A stretch of DNA of 60,693 nucleotides from Sediminibacterium sp. (GCA_030158535.1 JAOASV010000130.1:1-60693), one strand, 5' to 3'. Numbered from the stretch's first letter, positions 1 through 10,227 are shown. Made by a program: numbers and translations. Notes: generated by a model not told the origin, from the sequence alone.

Positions 1-434
1 GATGCATCCACATTAACGAGCACAGGCTTATCAAATTTCTTTTTGTTACCGGCAAATGCTTCTAAAAAGTCCTTTACAGAGGAATAAATAAATTTAATAC
101 CAGGCGTTTTTTCAAGTACCGTATCAAAAACGGACACCAACTTTTCAACCACAAATAAAGAGGAAAGCCAACCCACAAAGAGCACCAATAATACCACAAC
201 CACAAAACCTAAACCGGGTATTTTACGAAGGGACCCATCAATATTTTTATCTAAAGCGCTGGGAAACAATGTGTTAATAAGATTTGGTAAAAATCCATCC
301 ACCCATTGAAACAGGCCTAGCACAACCCATAAGGTTACCGCTATTGGGGCTAAAACAATAAGACCCTGAAAGAAAAATTGGAGCAAGCGCTTGAGCGTTA
401 CCTGGGCTCTAAGCTGCTTATACCTAGTATTCAT
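1..434 (-). CDS. DUF502 domain membrane protein (3' end runs off the window)
   Basis: Not in the ORF track. Manual minus-strand translation from ATG at 434: MNTRYKQLRAQVTLKRLLQFFFQGLIVLAPIAVTLWVV...PGLGFVVVV...LEKTPGIKFIYSSVKDFLEAFAGNKKKFDKPVLV, the typical DUF502 pattern; open to the window edge. Confidence 0.8.
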   Translation of the reverse strand, partial: MNTRYKQLRAQVTLKRLLQFFFQGLIVLAPIAVTLWVVLGLFQWVDGFLPNLINTLFPSALDKNIDGSLRKIPGLGFVVVVLLVLFVGWLSSLFVVEKLVSVFDTVLEKTPGIKFIYSSVKDFLEAFAGNKKKFDKPVLVNVDA

Positions 435-507
435 GGCTGAAATTTGTTGCAAGTTAATGGATAGTTCGCGCAAACTACCGTTCAACAAAATTACGGTTTA
501 TTTTTGA

Positions 508-546
508 ATGGAAACTTTGGTTACATAAAAAGTTTCCATAGTTTTG
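508..546 (+). promoter_or_regulatory. Bacteroidota sigma-A promoter overlapped by a perfect 11-bp inverted repeat (probable TetR operator)
   Basis: ATGGAAACTTT (508-518) N10 AAAGTTTCCAT (529-539); TTTG 516-519, 19-nt spacer, TAGTTTTG 539-546; 16 nt upstream of the tetR ATG. Confidence 0.75.
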
Positions 547-562
547 CACCCTCAATTAAAAA

Positions 563-1177
563 ATGGAAACGCAAGATAGAATCATCAGAAAAACACATGA
601 ACTTTTTATGTTATATGGCATAAGAAGCGTGAGCATGGATGAAATTGCCAACCACCTAGGCATGAGCAAAAAAACCATCTATCAGTACTTTAAAGACAAA
701 GATGCGCTAGTAGAAGGGGTCATTAATATTGAAATCCAAAGACACCAGGATGAATTTAGCAGGTACGCTGCCATCAGTGAAAATGCTATCCATGAAATGT
801 TTTTAGCACTTGATACCGCACAAGAAATGTTCAAACATATGAACCCATCTGTGATGTATGACTTACAAAAATACCACAGTTCTGGATTTGAAAAATTTAG
901 AGCGCACAAGAACACTTTCTTTTACGAAATCACAAAAGCAAATATTGAAAGAGGAAAACAAGAAGGATTGTATAGAGCCAATATTGATGTAGACGTGATC
1001 ACTAGGTACAGACTTGCCAATATGTTTTTGATGTTTGACTTTGAACATTTCCCTTCTACCAAATTTACACCCATTCAAATAATTAGTGAAACAACCGATA
1101 ATTTTTTACACGGCTTGGCAACCCAGGCTGGATTAAAAACAATTGAAGCATATAAGCAAGAAAGAAAAAATAAATGA
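563..1177 (+). CDS. TetR/AcrR family transcriptional regulator
   Basis: N-terminal HTH (GIRSVSMDEIANHLGMSKKTIYQYFKDKDAL); first gene of the efflux operon. Confidence 0.93.
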   Translation: METQDRIIRKTHELFMLYGIRSVSMDEIANHLGMSKKTIYQYFKDKDALVEGVINIEIQRHQDEFSRYAAISENAIHEMFLALDTAQEMFKHMNPSVMYDLQKYHSSGFEKFRAHKNTFFYEITKANIERGKQEGLYRANIDVDVITRYRLANMFLMFDFEHFPSTKFTPIQIISETTDNFLHGLATQAGLKTIEAYKQERKNK

Positions 1178-2520
1178 AAATGAACACGAAAAGGATGTTG
1201 GCAGCCAGTATTGTTTTAGCGCTTATGGCGTTTGCAAATACAAGCACTGCTCAAACAAAAAATGAATTTAGCATATCGCAGTGTGTCGATTATGCCTACA
1301 AAAACAACCTGCAAGTAAAAAATGCATTATTGACTATAAAAAGTCAGGAAGCAATCAACAAAGAAGTAACGGCTTCTGCGTTACCTACTATCAATGCAAC
1401 GGTTGGAGGTGTCAATTATTTACAACTTCCCGTTTCTTTACTTCCAGGTGAAATTTTTGGAGGTACTGCAGGTAGTTATATCCCCGTAAGATTTGGTACC
1501 AAATACAATGCCAATGCTAGTTTACAATTACAGCAACTGCTATTTGATGGTCAAGTATTTGTGGCACTCCAAGCGCGCAGAACTACCATTGCGTTACAGC
1601 AAAAATCAGCAGAAGTAACGGAAGAAATGATAAAAACCAATATTCATAAAATCTATTATCAACTGGTGGTAAGTAAAACGCAAATTGGATTGTTAGATGC
1701 GAATATTGAAAGACTTCAAAAATTAGAGCATGACTCCAAAGAGTTATACAAAAATGGATTTGTAGAGAAATTAGACCTCGATAAAATTTCGGTACAAATA
1801 GCCAATTTAGAAACCGAAAAATTAAAAGCCACTAATGCTATTGAATTAGGATACATTGGTCTTAAAACCTTAATGGGCATGCCTGTAAAAGACACGCTCA
1901 TTTTAACAGACAAAATTTCTGAAGATCAAATTACAACGGATATTGCGAGTAATCAAGATTATCAGTATACCGACCGTAAAGAATTTCAAGCGGTTAGCTT
2001 AGGCAAAAAATTAAACGAATACAATATTAAAAGGTATCAGCTAAGCTATTTACCAACGGTAGCCATGTCTGGTGCATACACTAAAAATGCCCAAAGAAAT
2101 CAATTTACTTTTTTCAAAAGTGGCGATTGGTTCACCACAAGCTTTATAGGGCTTAATATTAGCGCACCTATTTTTGATGGTTTTGCAAGAAAAGCAAGAA
2201 TCTCAAAAGCAAAAATTGATTTACAACAAACCGAAAATCAGTTACAAAACCTAAGGCTCACGATTGACGCAGAAGTAACACAGGCTAAAATGAATTTTGC
2301 AACGGCTATCAGTACACTGAACAATCAGAAAAAGAATATGCAATTAGCTGAATCAGTATACGCGCAAACCAAAAAGAAATACGAAATAGGAACTGGTTCC
2401 AATATGGAAATCACAGGCGCACAAACAGATTTAGTAACGGCACAAACCAATTATATCGGCGCCATGTACAGTGCCATTATTGCGCGTGTTGATTATTTAA
2501 AAGCAACAGGAAAATTATAA
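1174..2520 (+). CDS. TolC family outer-membrane efflux channel
   Basis: Signal peptide, two OEP-like repeats with long helices, LNISAPIFDGF motif; adjacent to MFP and RND genes. Confidence 0.92.
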   Translation: MKMNTKRMLAASIVLALMAFANTSTAQTKNEFSISQCVDYAYKNNLQVKNALLTIKSQEAINKEVTASALPTINATVGGVNYLQLPVSLLPGEIFGGTAGSYIPVRFGTKYNANASLQLQQLLFDGQVFVALQARRTTIALQQKSAEVTEEMIKTNIHKIYYQLVVSKTQIGLLDANIERLQKLEHDSKELYKNGFVEKLDLDKISVQIANLETEKLKATNAIELGYIGLKTLMGMPVKDTLILTDKISEDQITTDIASNQDYQYTDRKEFQAVSLGKKLNEYNIKRYQLSYLPTVAMSGAYTKNAQRNQFTFFKSGDWFTTSFIGLNISAPIFDGFARKARISKAKIDLQQTENQLQNLRLTIDAEVTQAKMNFATAISTLNNQKKNMQLAESVYAQTKKKYEIGTGSNMEITGAQTDLVTAQTNYIGAMYSAIIARVDYLKATGKL

Positions 2521-2547
2521 TTCAAATAATAAGTAAATACATATACC

Positions 2548-3717
2548 ATGCAAGCAATTATTAAAATCTCACTTGTCAGCGTTTTAGCAGCTTTTATAGC
2601 ATGTAACGGAAGCGAAAAAAGTGGAAGTTTAACCGACAAGAAAAATAAATTAGCGGCACTCAAAAAAGAAGTTAGCGCGCTAGAAACAGAAATCACAACA
2701 CTTGATATAGCAGCGGCCAATCAAGCAACAGGCAAGCTCGTTGTAACTGCAGTGCTTGCAGCACAAACCTTTAATCATTACATTGATTTACAAGGTAAAA
2801 TTGAATCTGAAAGCGTTTCTTATGTAACTGCCCGCGGCGGTGGAGGTCAAGTAAAAGGGGTTTTTGTAAAAAGAGGAGATGTAGTACCTAAAGGAAAACT
2901 ACTTTTAAAATTAGACGATGCCATTCAGCGTCAAGCTTTAATTGCTGCAGAGCAAGGTCTTGAAACCTTAAAAACCCAACTTTCTTTTGCTAAAACACTC
3001 TATCAAAAGCAAAAGAATTTGTGGGAACAAAATATTGGAACAGAAGTGCAAATCATTTCAGCCAAAAACAATGTTGATTTATTAGAAAATCAACTTAAAA
3101 CAGCACAAGAGCAAGTAAAAATTAGTCGTGAGCAAGTTCAGTTCACATCTGTATATAGTGACGTTGACGGTGTAGTAGAAGATGTGAACGTTCGTGTTGG
3201 TGAAATTTTTGCGGGTGCTGGTCAAATTAAAATAGTAAACACCAGTAAATTAAAAGTTACTGCAGAAGTACCTGAAAATTACAGCCAACGTGTTAAAACA
3301 GGAACCAAGCTTACCATTAATCTACCTGATTTACAAAAGAATATTCAAGCGCCTATTTCGGTGGTAGGTAAAATTATCAACCCAAATAGCAGAAGCTTTT
3401 TTATTGAAGCTAAAGTGGCGGCCGATAAAGATTTGAGGCCTAACCAAATTGCACTCGTACAAATTTTAGATTATAGCATTTCTAATGCCATTGCCATTCC
3501 AGTGAATACCTTACAAAATGACGAAACTGGCAAATATGTAATGGTAGCAGTAGCTGAAAAAGGCAAATTAATTGCGCGCAAACGTATGGTAACAGTAGGC
3601 GAATTCTACAAAGATCAATTAGAAATTAAATCGGGTTTACAAGCAGGTGACCAAATTGTAACAGAGGGATTTCAGAGTTTATATGACGGTCAATTGATTG
3701 TTCTTGCTAGTAAATAA
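2548..3717 (+). CDS. RND efflux periplasmic adaptor (MFP), lipoprotein
   Basis: Lipobox FIAC, lipoyl-like halves (VKRGDVVPKGKLL; VRVGE), coiled-coil hairpin, GLQAGDQIV C-terminal motif. Confidence 0.92.
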   Translation: MQAIIKISLVSVLAAFIACNGSEKSGSLTDKKNKLAALKKEVSALETEITTLDIAAANQATGKLVVTAVLAAQTFNHYIDLQGKIESESVSYVTARGGGGQVKGVFVKRGDVVPKGKLLLKLDDAIQRQALIAAEQGLETLKTQLSFAKTLYQKQKNLWEQNIGTEVQIISAKNNVDLLENQLKTAQEQVKISREQVQFTSVYSDVDGVVEDVNVRVGEIFAGAGQIKIVNTSKLKVTAEVPENYSQRVKTGTKLTINLPDLQKNIQAPISVVGKIINPNSRSFFIEAKVAADKDLRPNQIALVQILDYSISNAIAIPVNTLQNDETGKYVMVAVAEKGKLIARKRMVTVGEFYKDQLEIKSGLQAGDQIVTEGFQSLYDGQLIVLASK

Positions 3718-3741
3718 TTAGAATACGAATAAAAATATTGT

Positions 3742-6700
3742 ATGCAATTCACAGAAAATATAAAAGCCAAATTCAAAGAATTTGGGCCTACAACCTGGAG
3801 TATCAAAAACAAAACATCCATTTATTTGGTGATTTTGTTTGTGAGCCTTGCAGGTATTTATCAGTTTGTAACACTGCCTAAAGAACAGTTTCCAGACATC
3901 GTTATTCCTACCATTTATGTACAAACCGTATATGTAGGTAACTCACCAAAAGATATCGAAAACCTTGTAACAAGGCCCATCGAAAAGCAAATCAAAAGTA
4001 TTACGGGTGCAAAAATTAAAAAATTCACCAGTAATTCTCAGCAAGACTTTTCAGCGATCATGGTGGAGTTTGATACCCAGGTTAAAACCGAAGTGGCGCT
4101 TCAAAAAGTAAAAGATGCAACTGATAAGGCCAAACAAGATCTTCCCAAAGACTTAACCATAGAACCAACCGTTTTAGAAGTAAGCTTTAGTGAACAGCCC
4201 ATTATGTCTGTGAACTTAAGTGGTGATTTTGATTTGCCGCGTCTAAAAAAATATGCCGACGACCTAAAAGATAAACTCGAAAATCTATCTCAGATTAACA
4301 GAGTAGATATTGTAGGTGCACCGGAAAGAGAATTCCAAATCAATGTAGACAATTACCGTGCTCAAAGCGCTGGTATTACTTTTGACGATATCACGTACGC
4401 CATTCAAAGAGAAAATATGGATATCTCTGGCGGTTTATTAGAAGTAGGTAATATGAAAAGAACCCTGCAACTAAAAGGGCAACTTAAAACAGCGGGTGAC
4501 ATTGCAAATATTATTGTAAGAAACACCAGTGGTGCGCCTATCTACCTCAAAGACATTGCAACCATTGCGGATACCACTAAAGAGCGTGAAAGTTTCGCGC
4601 GCCTAGATGGTAAAAACGTAGTAACACTTAATATCATTAAAAGAAGTGGCGAAAATTTAATTGAAACATCTGATGGTGTTAAAAAAATAGTTGAGGAAGG
4701 TAAAGGAAGTATTTATCCGAATAATTTAAAAGCTGTTATTTCTGGTGACCAAAGTATTAAAACTAGAAGCTCATTTAATGAACTCGTAAACTCCATTATC
4801 ATTGGATTTATTCTAGTACTAATTGTACTTATGTTTTTTATGGGTGTTGTCAACGCATTTTTTGTGGCGCTCTCTGTACCACTTAGTATGTTTGTTGCTT
4901 TTGTATTTTTACCAGGCGCCGATTTAATTGTTGGTACACATGTAACACTCAATTTTATCGTACTCTTTGCCCTATTATTTGGACTTGGTATCATTGTGGA
5001 CGACGCCATTGTAGTGATAGAAAATACCCACCGCATATTTGTAGAAGGCAAGGGTAAATTAAGTGTCAACAACGCTGCAAGAATGGCTGCTGGAGAGGTT
5101 TTCATACCGGTACTAGCTGGAACCATCACCACCCTTGCTCCATTTTTCCCACTCCTATTTTGGCCCGGAATCATTGGTAAATTCATGGTGTACCTACCCA
5201 CCATGCTCATATTTACACTAGCAGCATCGCTAGTAGTAGCATTTATAATGAACCCTGTATTTGCGGTTGATTTTATGAATCACCCAGAAACAGACAGCAA
5301 AGAACCTAAGTCTGCCATCTTTAAAAAGAAAGGATTTTGGATCGCTGTTGGCATTGGTGTTTTATTAGATCTTGCGGGTGCTCCATTTTTTGGAAACCTA
5401 TTAATTACGTTCATGTTACTTGTTGTATTAAACAGGTATTTTATTACGGATGCCATTCACAATTTCCAAAACAAAGCGCTTCCTTGGATTATGAATCATT
5501 ACGAGTCATTATTACAATGGGCGTTAAAAGGTTGGAGACCCGTTCATTTACTGATTGGTATTATTGCACTCTTTTTTGTTTCGTTATTTGTATTTGTAGG
5601 ATCCATTGTTGGAGGCAGAATACCTGTAACGTTTTTCCCTAAGGGAGACCCTAACCAGTTATTTGTATACCTTAAATTACCCGTAGGTTCTGATGTACGC
5701 TACACCGATTCTATTACACGTGTATTAGAAGGAAGGGTCAATAAAGTTTTAGGTACCGAAAACGGCAAAACCAATCCGATTGTAGAAAGTATTATTAGCA
5801 ACGTGGCTGTAAACGCCGCCGATCCTACCAGTGGTGACCGTACTACAAGAAGTGAACTTGGTCGTATACAAGTATCGTTTGTAGAATATGAAAAAAGACA
5901 TGGCAAAAGCACGGCGCCCTACCTAGATCAAGTTAGGCAGGCGGTTCAGGGGATTCCTGGAACAGAAATAAGTGTGAACCAAGAAAGTGGTGGACCACCA
6001 ACAGACCCTCCCATTAACATTGAAATTGCTAGTGAAGATTTTGATGCGATGATCAAAACAGCTTCTTCACTTAAAAACTATTTAGATTCTATTCGTGTAC
6101 CAGGTGTAGAAGAACTTAAAATGGATGTGGATTTAAAAAATCCAGAAATTACATTAAGTATCGATAGAGAGCGCGCCCTTATTGAAGGTGTGTCAACAGC
6201 TCAAATTGGTATGCAAATTAGAACAGCCCTTTTTGGTAAAGAAATTTCTAAAATAAAAGAAGGTAAAGAAGAATATAAAATTCAGTTACGTAACAATGCT
6301 GTTCAGCGTAAAAGCTTAACGGATTTATTAAATATGCGTATCTCTTTTAGAGACATGGCTTCTGGCGGTGCTGTTAAAAATATTCCGATTAGTGCACTTG
6401 TAAAAGTGGATCCTACCAGCACACTTGGAAGTGTGAAACGCAAAAACCAAAAGCGCTTAATCACACTACGCTCTAATGTATTAACCACCGAAGGTTACAA
6501 TGCAACTGGCGTTAACCAAGTAATTGGAAAACACATTGCAAACTTTAAAGGCGTAACGGATGCTGTAACTATTAAACAAACCGGTGAAGGAGAGCAACAA
6601 GCTGAAACCGTTGCATTCTTAGGAAAAGCACTATTAATTGCACTCATGCTTATTTTATTTACCCTTGTATTACAATTCAATTCGGTAAGTAAATCGGTTA

Positions 6701-7332
6701 TCATTTTAAGTGAAATCCTATTTAGTGTGATTGGTGTGTTCTTAGGTTTTGCTATTACCGGTATGGAAGTATCAGGCCTTATGACAGGCTTAGGTATCGT
6801 AGGTCTTGCAGGTATTGTAGTTAAAAACGGAATTCTAGTGATTGAATTTGCCGATGAATTAAGAAGCAGAGGCATGAAAACCAGAGATGCTATTATTCAG
6901 GCAGGTAAAACCAGAATTATTCCGGTATTACTTACTGCAGTAGCAGCAATACTTGGTTTTATTCCAATTGCGATTGGATTTAATATCAATTTCATCACTT
7001 TATTTTCGGAACTAAACCCGCACATATTTTTAGGCGGCGATAGCGTTGCGTTTTGGAAGCCACTTAGCTGGACCATTATATTTGGACTTGCATTTGCGTT
7101 TTTCATGACGCTGATTATTGTACCTAGTATGTATTTAATTGCTGAGCGTCTTCGTAGACCTATGCGTAAAATGTTTGGCGGCACTTGGATTAGCTTTTTA
7201 GGTATTCCTCCATTTACATTTATCTTTTTATTTTTGATGGTAGCCGTTATGATCAAACATAAAATAAAAGTAAAGGCAAGAAAAAATAAATTACAAAACG
7301 CTGGCGAAACATTTGTTGGTAGCTGGTTTTAA
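3742..7332 (+). CDS. RND efflux permease (AcrB/CzcA-like)
   Basis: 1196 aa; GIIVDDAIVVIEN (TM4), GIVVKNGILVIEF (TM10), RIIPVLLT (TM11). Confidence 0.95.
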   Translation: MQFTENIKAKFKEFGPTTWSIKNKTSIYLVILFVSLAGIYQFVTLPKEQFPDIVIPTIYVQTVYVGNSPKDIENLVTRPIEKQIKSITGAKIKKFTSNSQQDFSAIMVEFDTQVKTEVALQKVKDATDKAKQDLPKDLTIEPTVLEVSFSEQPIMSVNLSGDFDLPRLKKYADDLKDKLENLSQINRVDIVGAPEREFQINVDNYRAQSAGITFDDITYAIQRENMDISGGLLEVGNMKRTLQLKGQLKTAGDIANIIVRNTSGAPIYLKDIATIADTTKERESFARLDGKNVVTLNIIKRSGENLIETSDGVKKIVEEGKGSIYPNNLKAVISGDQSIKTRSSFNELVNSIIIGFILVLIVLMFFMGVVNAFFVALSVPLSMFVAFVFLPGADLIVGTHVTLNFIVLFALLFGLGIIVDDAIVVIENTHRIFVEGKGKLSVNNAARMAAGEVFIPVLAGTITTLAPFFPLLFWPGIIGKFMVYLPTMLIFTLAASLVVAFIMNPVFAVDFMNHPETDSKEPKSAIFKKKGFWIAVGIGVLLDLAGAPFFGNLLITFMLLVVLNRYFITDAIHNFQNKALPWIMNHYESLLQWALKGWRPVHLLIGIIALFFVSLFVFVGSIVGGRIPVTFFPKGDPNQLFVYLKLPVGSDVRYTDSITRVLEGRVNKVLGTENGKTNPIVESIISNVAVNAADPTSGDRTTRSELGRIQVSFVEYEKRHGKSTAPYLDQVRQAVQGIPGTEISVNQESGGPPTDPPINIEIASEDFDAMIKTASSLKNYLDSIRVPGVEELKMDVDLKNPEITLSIDRERALIEGVSTAQIGMQIRTALFGKEISKIKEGKEEYKIQLRNNAVQRKSLTDLLNMRISFRDMASGGAVKNIPISALVKVDPTSTLGSVKRKNQKRLITLRSNVLTTEGYNATGVNQVIGKHIANFKGVTDAVTIKQTGEGEQQAETVAFLGKALLIALMLILFTLVLQFNSVSKSVIILSEILFSVIGVFLGFAITGMEVSGLMTGLGIVGLAGIVVKNGILVIEFADELRSRGMKTRDAIIQAGKTRIIPVLLTAVAAILGFIPIAIGFNINFITLFSELNPHIFLGGDSVAFWKPLSWTIIFGLAFAFFMTLIIVPSMYLIAERLRRPMRKMFGGTWISFLGIPPFTFIFLFLMVAVMIKHKIKVKARKNKLQNAGETFVGSWF

Positions 7333-7343
7333 ATAATAATGTT

Positions 7344-8138
7344 ATGATACAAAATCACGAAATCGATTACAAAATCTATGGAGAAGAAATGCAGTATGTA
7401 GAGGTTGAATTAGACCCAAGCGAATCTGCAATTGCTGAACCAGGTGCATTTATGATGATGGAAGATGGCGTTCAAATGGAAACGTTATTTGGTGATGGCA
7501 GTGGCGCACAGTCCAGCTTTTTAGGAAAACTAATGAACGCTGGAAAGCGCTTATTGGTGGGTGAAAACCTATTTATGACGGCTTTTACCAATACTTCAGG
7601 TGGTGTTAAAACCGTAAGCTTTGCATCACCGTATCCGGGCAAAATTATTCCACTCGATTTGTCAAGATATCAAAACAAAATTATTTGTCAGAAAGACGCC
7701 TTCCTTTGCGCTGCTAAAGGCGTTAGTGTAGGTATCGAGTTCCAAAGAAAATTAGGTACCGGCTTATTTGGCGGAGAAGGTTTTATCATGGAAAAATTAG
7801 AAGGTGATGGTATGGCGTTTTTACATGCCTGCGGTCACGTGGTACAAAAACAATTACAAGAAGGTGATTTATTAAAAATTGATACCGGATGTATTGTTGG
7901 TTTTACTTCAGGTGTACAATATGATATTCAGTTTGTAGGCGGCATCAAAAACAGCATTTTTGGTGGAGAAGGTCTATTTTTTGCAACACTGAGAGGACCT
8001 GGTACCGTTTGGATTCAAACATTACCTATTAGCCGTTTAGCAGGACGCATTTTACAATATGCAACAACTTCTAGAAGAGAAGAAGGCAGTGTACTTGGTG
8101 GCATTGGAAATATATTAGACGGCGATGGCTGGAGATAA
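7344..8138 (+). CDS. TIGR00266 / AIM24 family protein
   Basis: YKIYGEEMQYVEVELDP, GENLFMT, CQKDAFLC, FGGEGF, LRGPGTVWIQT motifs. Confidence 0.9.
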   Translation: MIQNHEIDYKIYGEEMQYVEVELDPSESAIAEPGAFMMMEDGVQMETLFGDGSGAQSSFLGKLMNAGKRLLVGENLFMTAFTNTSGGVKTVSFASPYPGKIIPLDLSRYQNKIICQKDAFLCAAKGVSVGIEFQRKLGTGLFGGEGFIMEKLEGDGMAFLHACGHVVQKQLQEGDLLKIDTGCIVGFTSGVQYDIQFVGGIKNSIFGGEGLFFATLRGPGTVWIQTLPISRLAGRILQYATTSRREEGSVLGGIGNILDGDGWR

Positions 8139-8910
8139 CCGAGCAAACCAGGATTCACTCAAAGCATTTTTTGATAAAAAAGTTGCGGTATACAACCAGG
8201 TAAGTTTTATTAAAGACGACCCTATTTGTATACCGCATTTGTTTTCAAAAAAACAAGACATTGAAATTGCAGGTTTTTTTGCAAGCATTTTTGCATGGGG
8301 TAACAGAACCACCATCATACAAAAATCTAAAGAGCTGATGCAACTGATGGACAATGCGCCGCATCAATTTTGTGTAGCGCATCAAGAATCTGATCTTAAA
8401 AAATTACTAGCCTTTAAACACCGCACGTTTAACACCACTGATTTACTCTATTTTATAGAATTTTTAAAAGCACATTATAGTGCACATGAAAGTTTAGAAG
8501 CTGCTTTTTGCTTGTCCCCAGATAACAATCCAGCAGCCAGGCTTCATCATTTTCACCAGTACTTTTTTTCATTACCCGACGCGCCACCCCGAACCAAAAA
8601 GCATATTGCTACACCCAGTAAAGGCTCTACCTGTAAACGACTTAATATGTACCTCAGGTGGATGGTTCGTAAAGACAATAAAGGCGTTGACTTTGGCATT
8701 TGGAATACCATTAAACCCAGTGAGCTAATTTGTCCTATAGATTTACACGTTGCAAGGGTAGCCAAAAGATTTCAGTTATTAGACCGCACCAAAATAGATT
8801 GGCAGGCAGGACTTGAACTTACGCAGTACCTTAAAACACTCGATCCAAAAGATCCGGTAAAATATGATTTTGCATTATTTGGACTAGGTGTGATAGAAAA
8901 GTATGTGTAA
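8125..8910 (+). CDS. TIGR02757 (DUF2400) family protein
   Basis: DDPICIPH, FAWGNR, CKRLNMYLRWMVR, PIDLHV and DPVKYDFALFG motifs. Confidence 0.88.
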   Translation: MAGDNRANQDSLKAFFDKKVAVYNQVSFIKDDPICIPHLFSKKQDIEIAGFFASIFAWGNRTTIIQKSKELMQLMDNAPHQFCVAHQESDLKKLLAFKHRTFNTTDLLYFIEFLKAHYSAHESLEAAFCLSPDNNPAARLHHFHQYFFSLPDAPPRTKKHIATPSKGSTCKRLNMYLRWMVRKDNKGVDFGIWNTIKPSELICPIDLHVARVAKRFQLLDRTKIDWQAGLELTQYLKTLDPKDPVKYDFALFGLGVIEKYV

Positions 8911-8919
8911 TTTAATAGT

Positions 8920-9198
8920 ATGGAATTAAGCCTCGAAACCATAGAAAAACTGGATCCATCGGCCTTAACAAAGCTCATCAACGAATGGATCACCCAAGAC
9001 TTTAAAAAGCTGCTATTGGTGCTTTACCGCTTAGATGTGAGCGAGAAAAAACTAAGTCAGCTACTAGCAGAAAATAAGGGAGTAGACGCCGCCAATATTA
9101 TAGCAGCCCTTATAATCGAGCGTATTGCGGCGGCTAAAGCCTCCAGGGAAAAGTACAAAATGGACCCGTCTAGCATTCCTGACGACGAAAAATGGTAA
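8920..9198 (+). CDS. Hypothetical helical protein (LYRLDVSE motif)
   Basis: 92-aa ORF 9 nt after the TIGR02757 stop, same strand. Confidence 0.7.
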   Translation: MELSLETIEKLDPSALTKLINEWITQDFKKLLLVLYRLDVSEKKLSQLLAENKGVDAANIIAALIIERIAAAKASREKYKMDPSSIPDDEKW

Positions 9199-9279
9199 TT
9201 TTAACAGAAAAACGGGGCCTAGATATCCAATTTTATATAACTTTATAGTCATATCCTAAAACACTAAAAACACTTTTTT

Positions 9280-9465
9280 ATGAAAAAAATAATGATGCTT
9301 GCTGTTGCAGCTTTACTAACTACAGGTGCTGTATTTGCTTGTGATGGTAAAAAAGATTGCGCTAAATGCAAAAAAGAAGAGAAAAAAGCTTGTGGTAAAG
9401 ACTGCAAGAAAGATTGCAAAAAATGCAAGAAGGACCCTAAAACTGCAAGCGTTGTAAAAAAATAA
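9280..9465 (+). CDS. Small exported Cys/Lys-rich protein
   Basis: Signal peptide MKKIMMLAVAALLTTGAVFA followed by 41 aa with 7 Cys and many Lys; followed by an intrinsic terminator. Confidence 0.8.
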   Translation: MKKIMMLAVAALLTTGAVFACDGKKDCAKCKKEEKKACGKDCKKDCKKCKKDPKTASVVKK

Positions 9466-9483
9466 TTTTACAATCTAGTTTAT

Positions 9484-9516
9484 AAAAAAAGCCGCTAAAA
9501 TGTTAGCGGCTTTTTT
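9484..9516. terminator. Bidirectional intrinsic terminator
   Basis: A7-GCCGCTAA-aatg-TTAGCGGC-T6 between convergent genes. Confidence 0.88.
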
Positions 9517-9531
9517 ATGGATCCTATGTAA

Positions 9532-10227
9532 CTATAAAAGTTTAGCAATTGACGGTAAATCAAAAACTTCATGGGTGGCATGTACATGAGGGGTGGCACC
9601 AATATGATTTACAAAAATAGTATCCATTCCAGCGTTGATACCTCCTTTAATATCTGCATCTTGATTATCTCCAATCATAATACTATTACTAGCAGAAGCG
9701 CCAGTTTTCGCAAATGCATACTCAAAAATTTCTTTATTGGGTTTTAAACTATTACTTGCTTCTGAAGTAATAACTGTACCAAAGTATGGATCTAGTCCAG
9801 CGTGTTTAATTTTTTGATGTTGCACATTTTCAAAACCATTGGTAACAAGGTGCATCTGGTATCCCTTCTCTTGCAAATAAGTGAGTAGCTCGGTGGTGCC
9901 ATCAAACAATGCTTTTTTAGTAGGAAGTATTTCTAAAAAGTCGAGTGACATTTGCCTCGACAGTGTTTCGTCTGCTATTTTATATTCTAAAAGCGCCAAC
10001 CACATCCGCTTCCACTTCAATTCTTCCTGTTTAATAAAACCCTTGGTATACCTATCCCATAAGCGGTGATTGTGTGCACTATAATGATCAAAAAAATGAT
10101 CAAAGCTATCCACACCTCTGCCTGCCAAGTTGTGCGCTGTATAAAGGTCTTGTAGGCTTTCTTTGGCATTGGTTTCAAAATCCCATAGGGTATGATCTAG
10201 GTCAAAGAAAAGGTGTTGGTATTTCAT
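9532..10227 (-). CDS. yjjG: YjjG family noncanonical pyrimidine nucleotidase (HAD)
   Basis: FDLDHTLWDF motif I, VTNG motif II, KP...MIGD...D motifs III/IV. Confidence 0.88.
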   Translation of the reverse strand: MKYQHLFFDLDHTLWDFETNAKESLQDLYTAHNLAGRGVDSFDHFFDHYSAHNHRLWDRYTKGFIKQEELKWKRMWLALLEYKIADETLSRQMSLDFLEILPTKKALFDGTTELLTYLQEKGYQMHLVTNGFENVQHQKIKHAGLDPYFGTVITSEASNSLKPNKEIFEYAFAKTGASASNSIMIGDNQDADIKGGINAGMDTIFVNHIGATPHVHATHEVFDLPSIAKLL

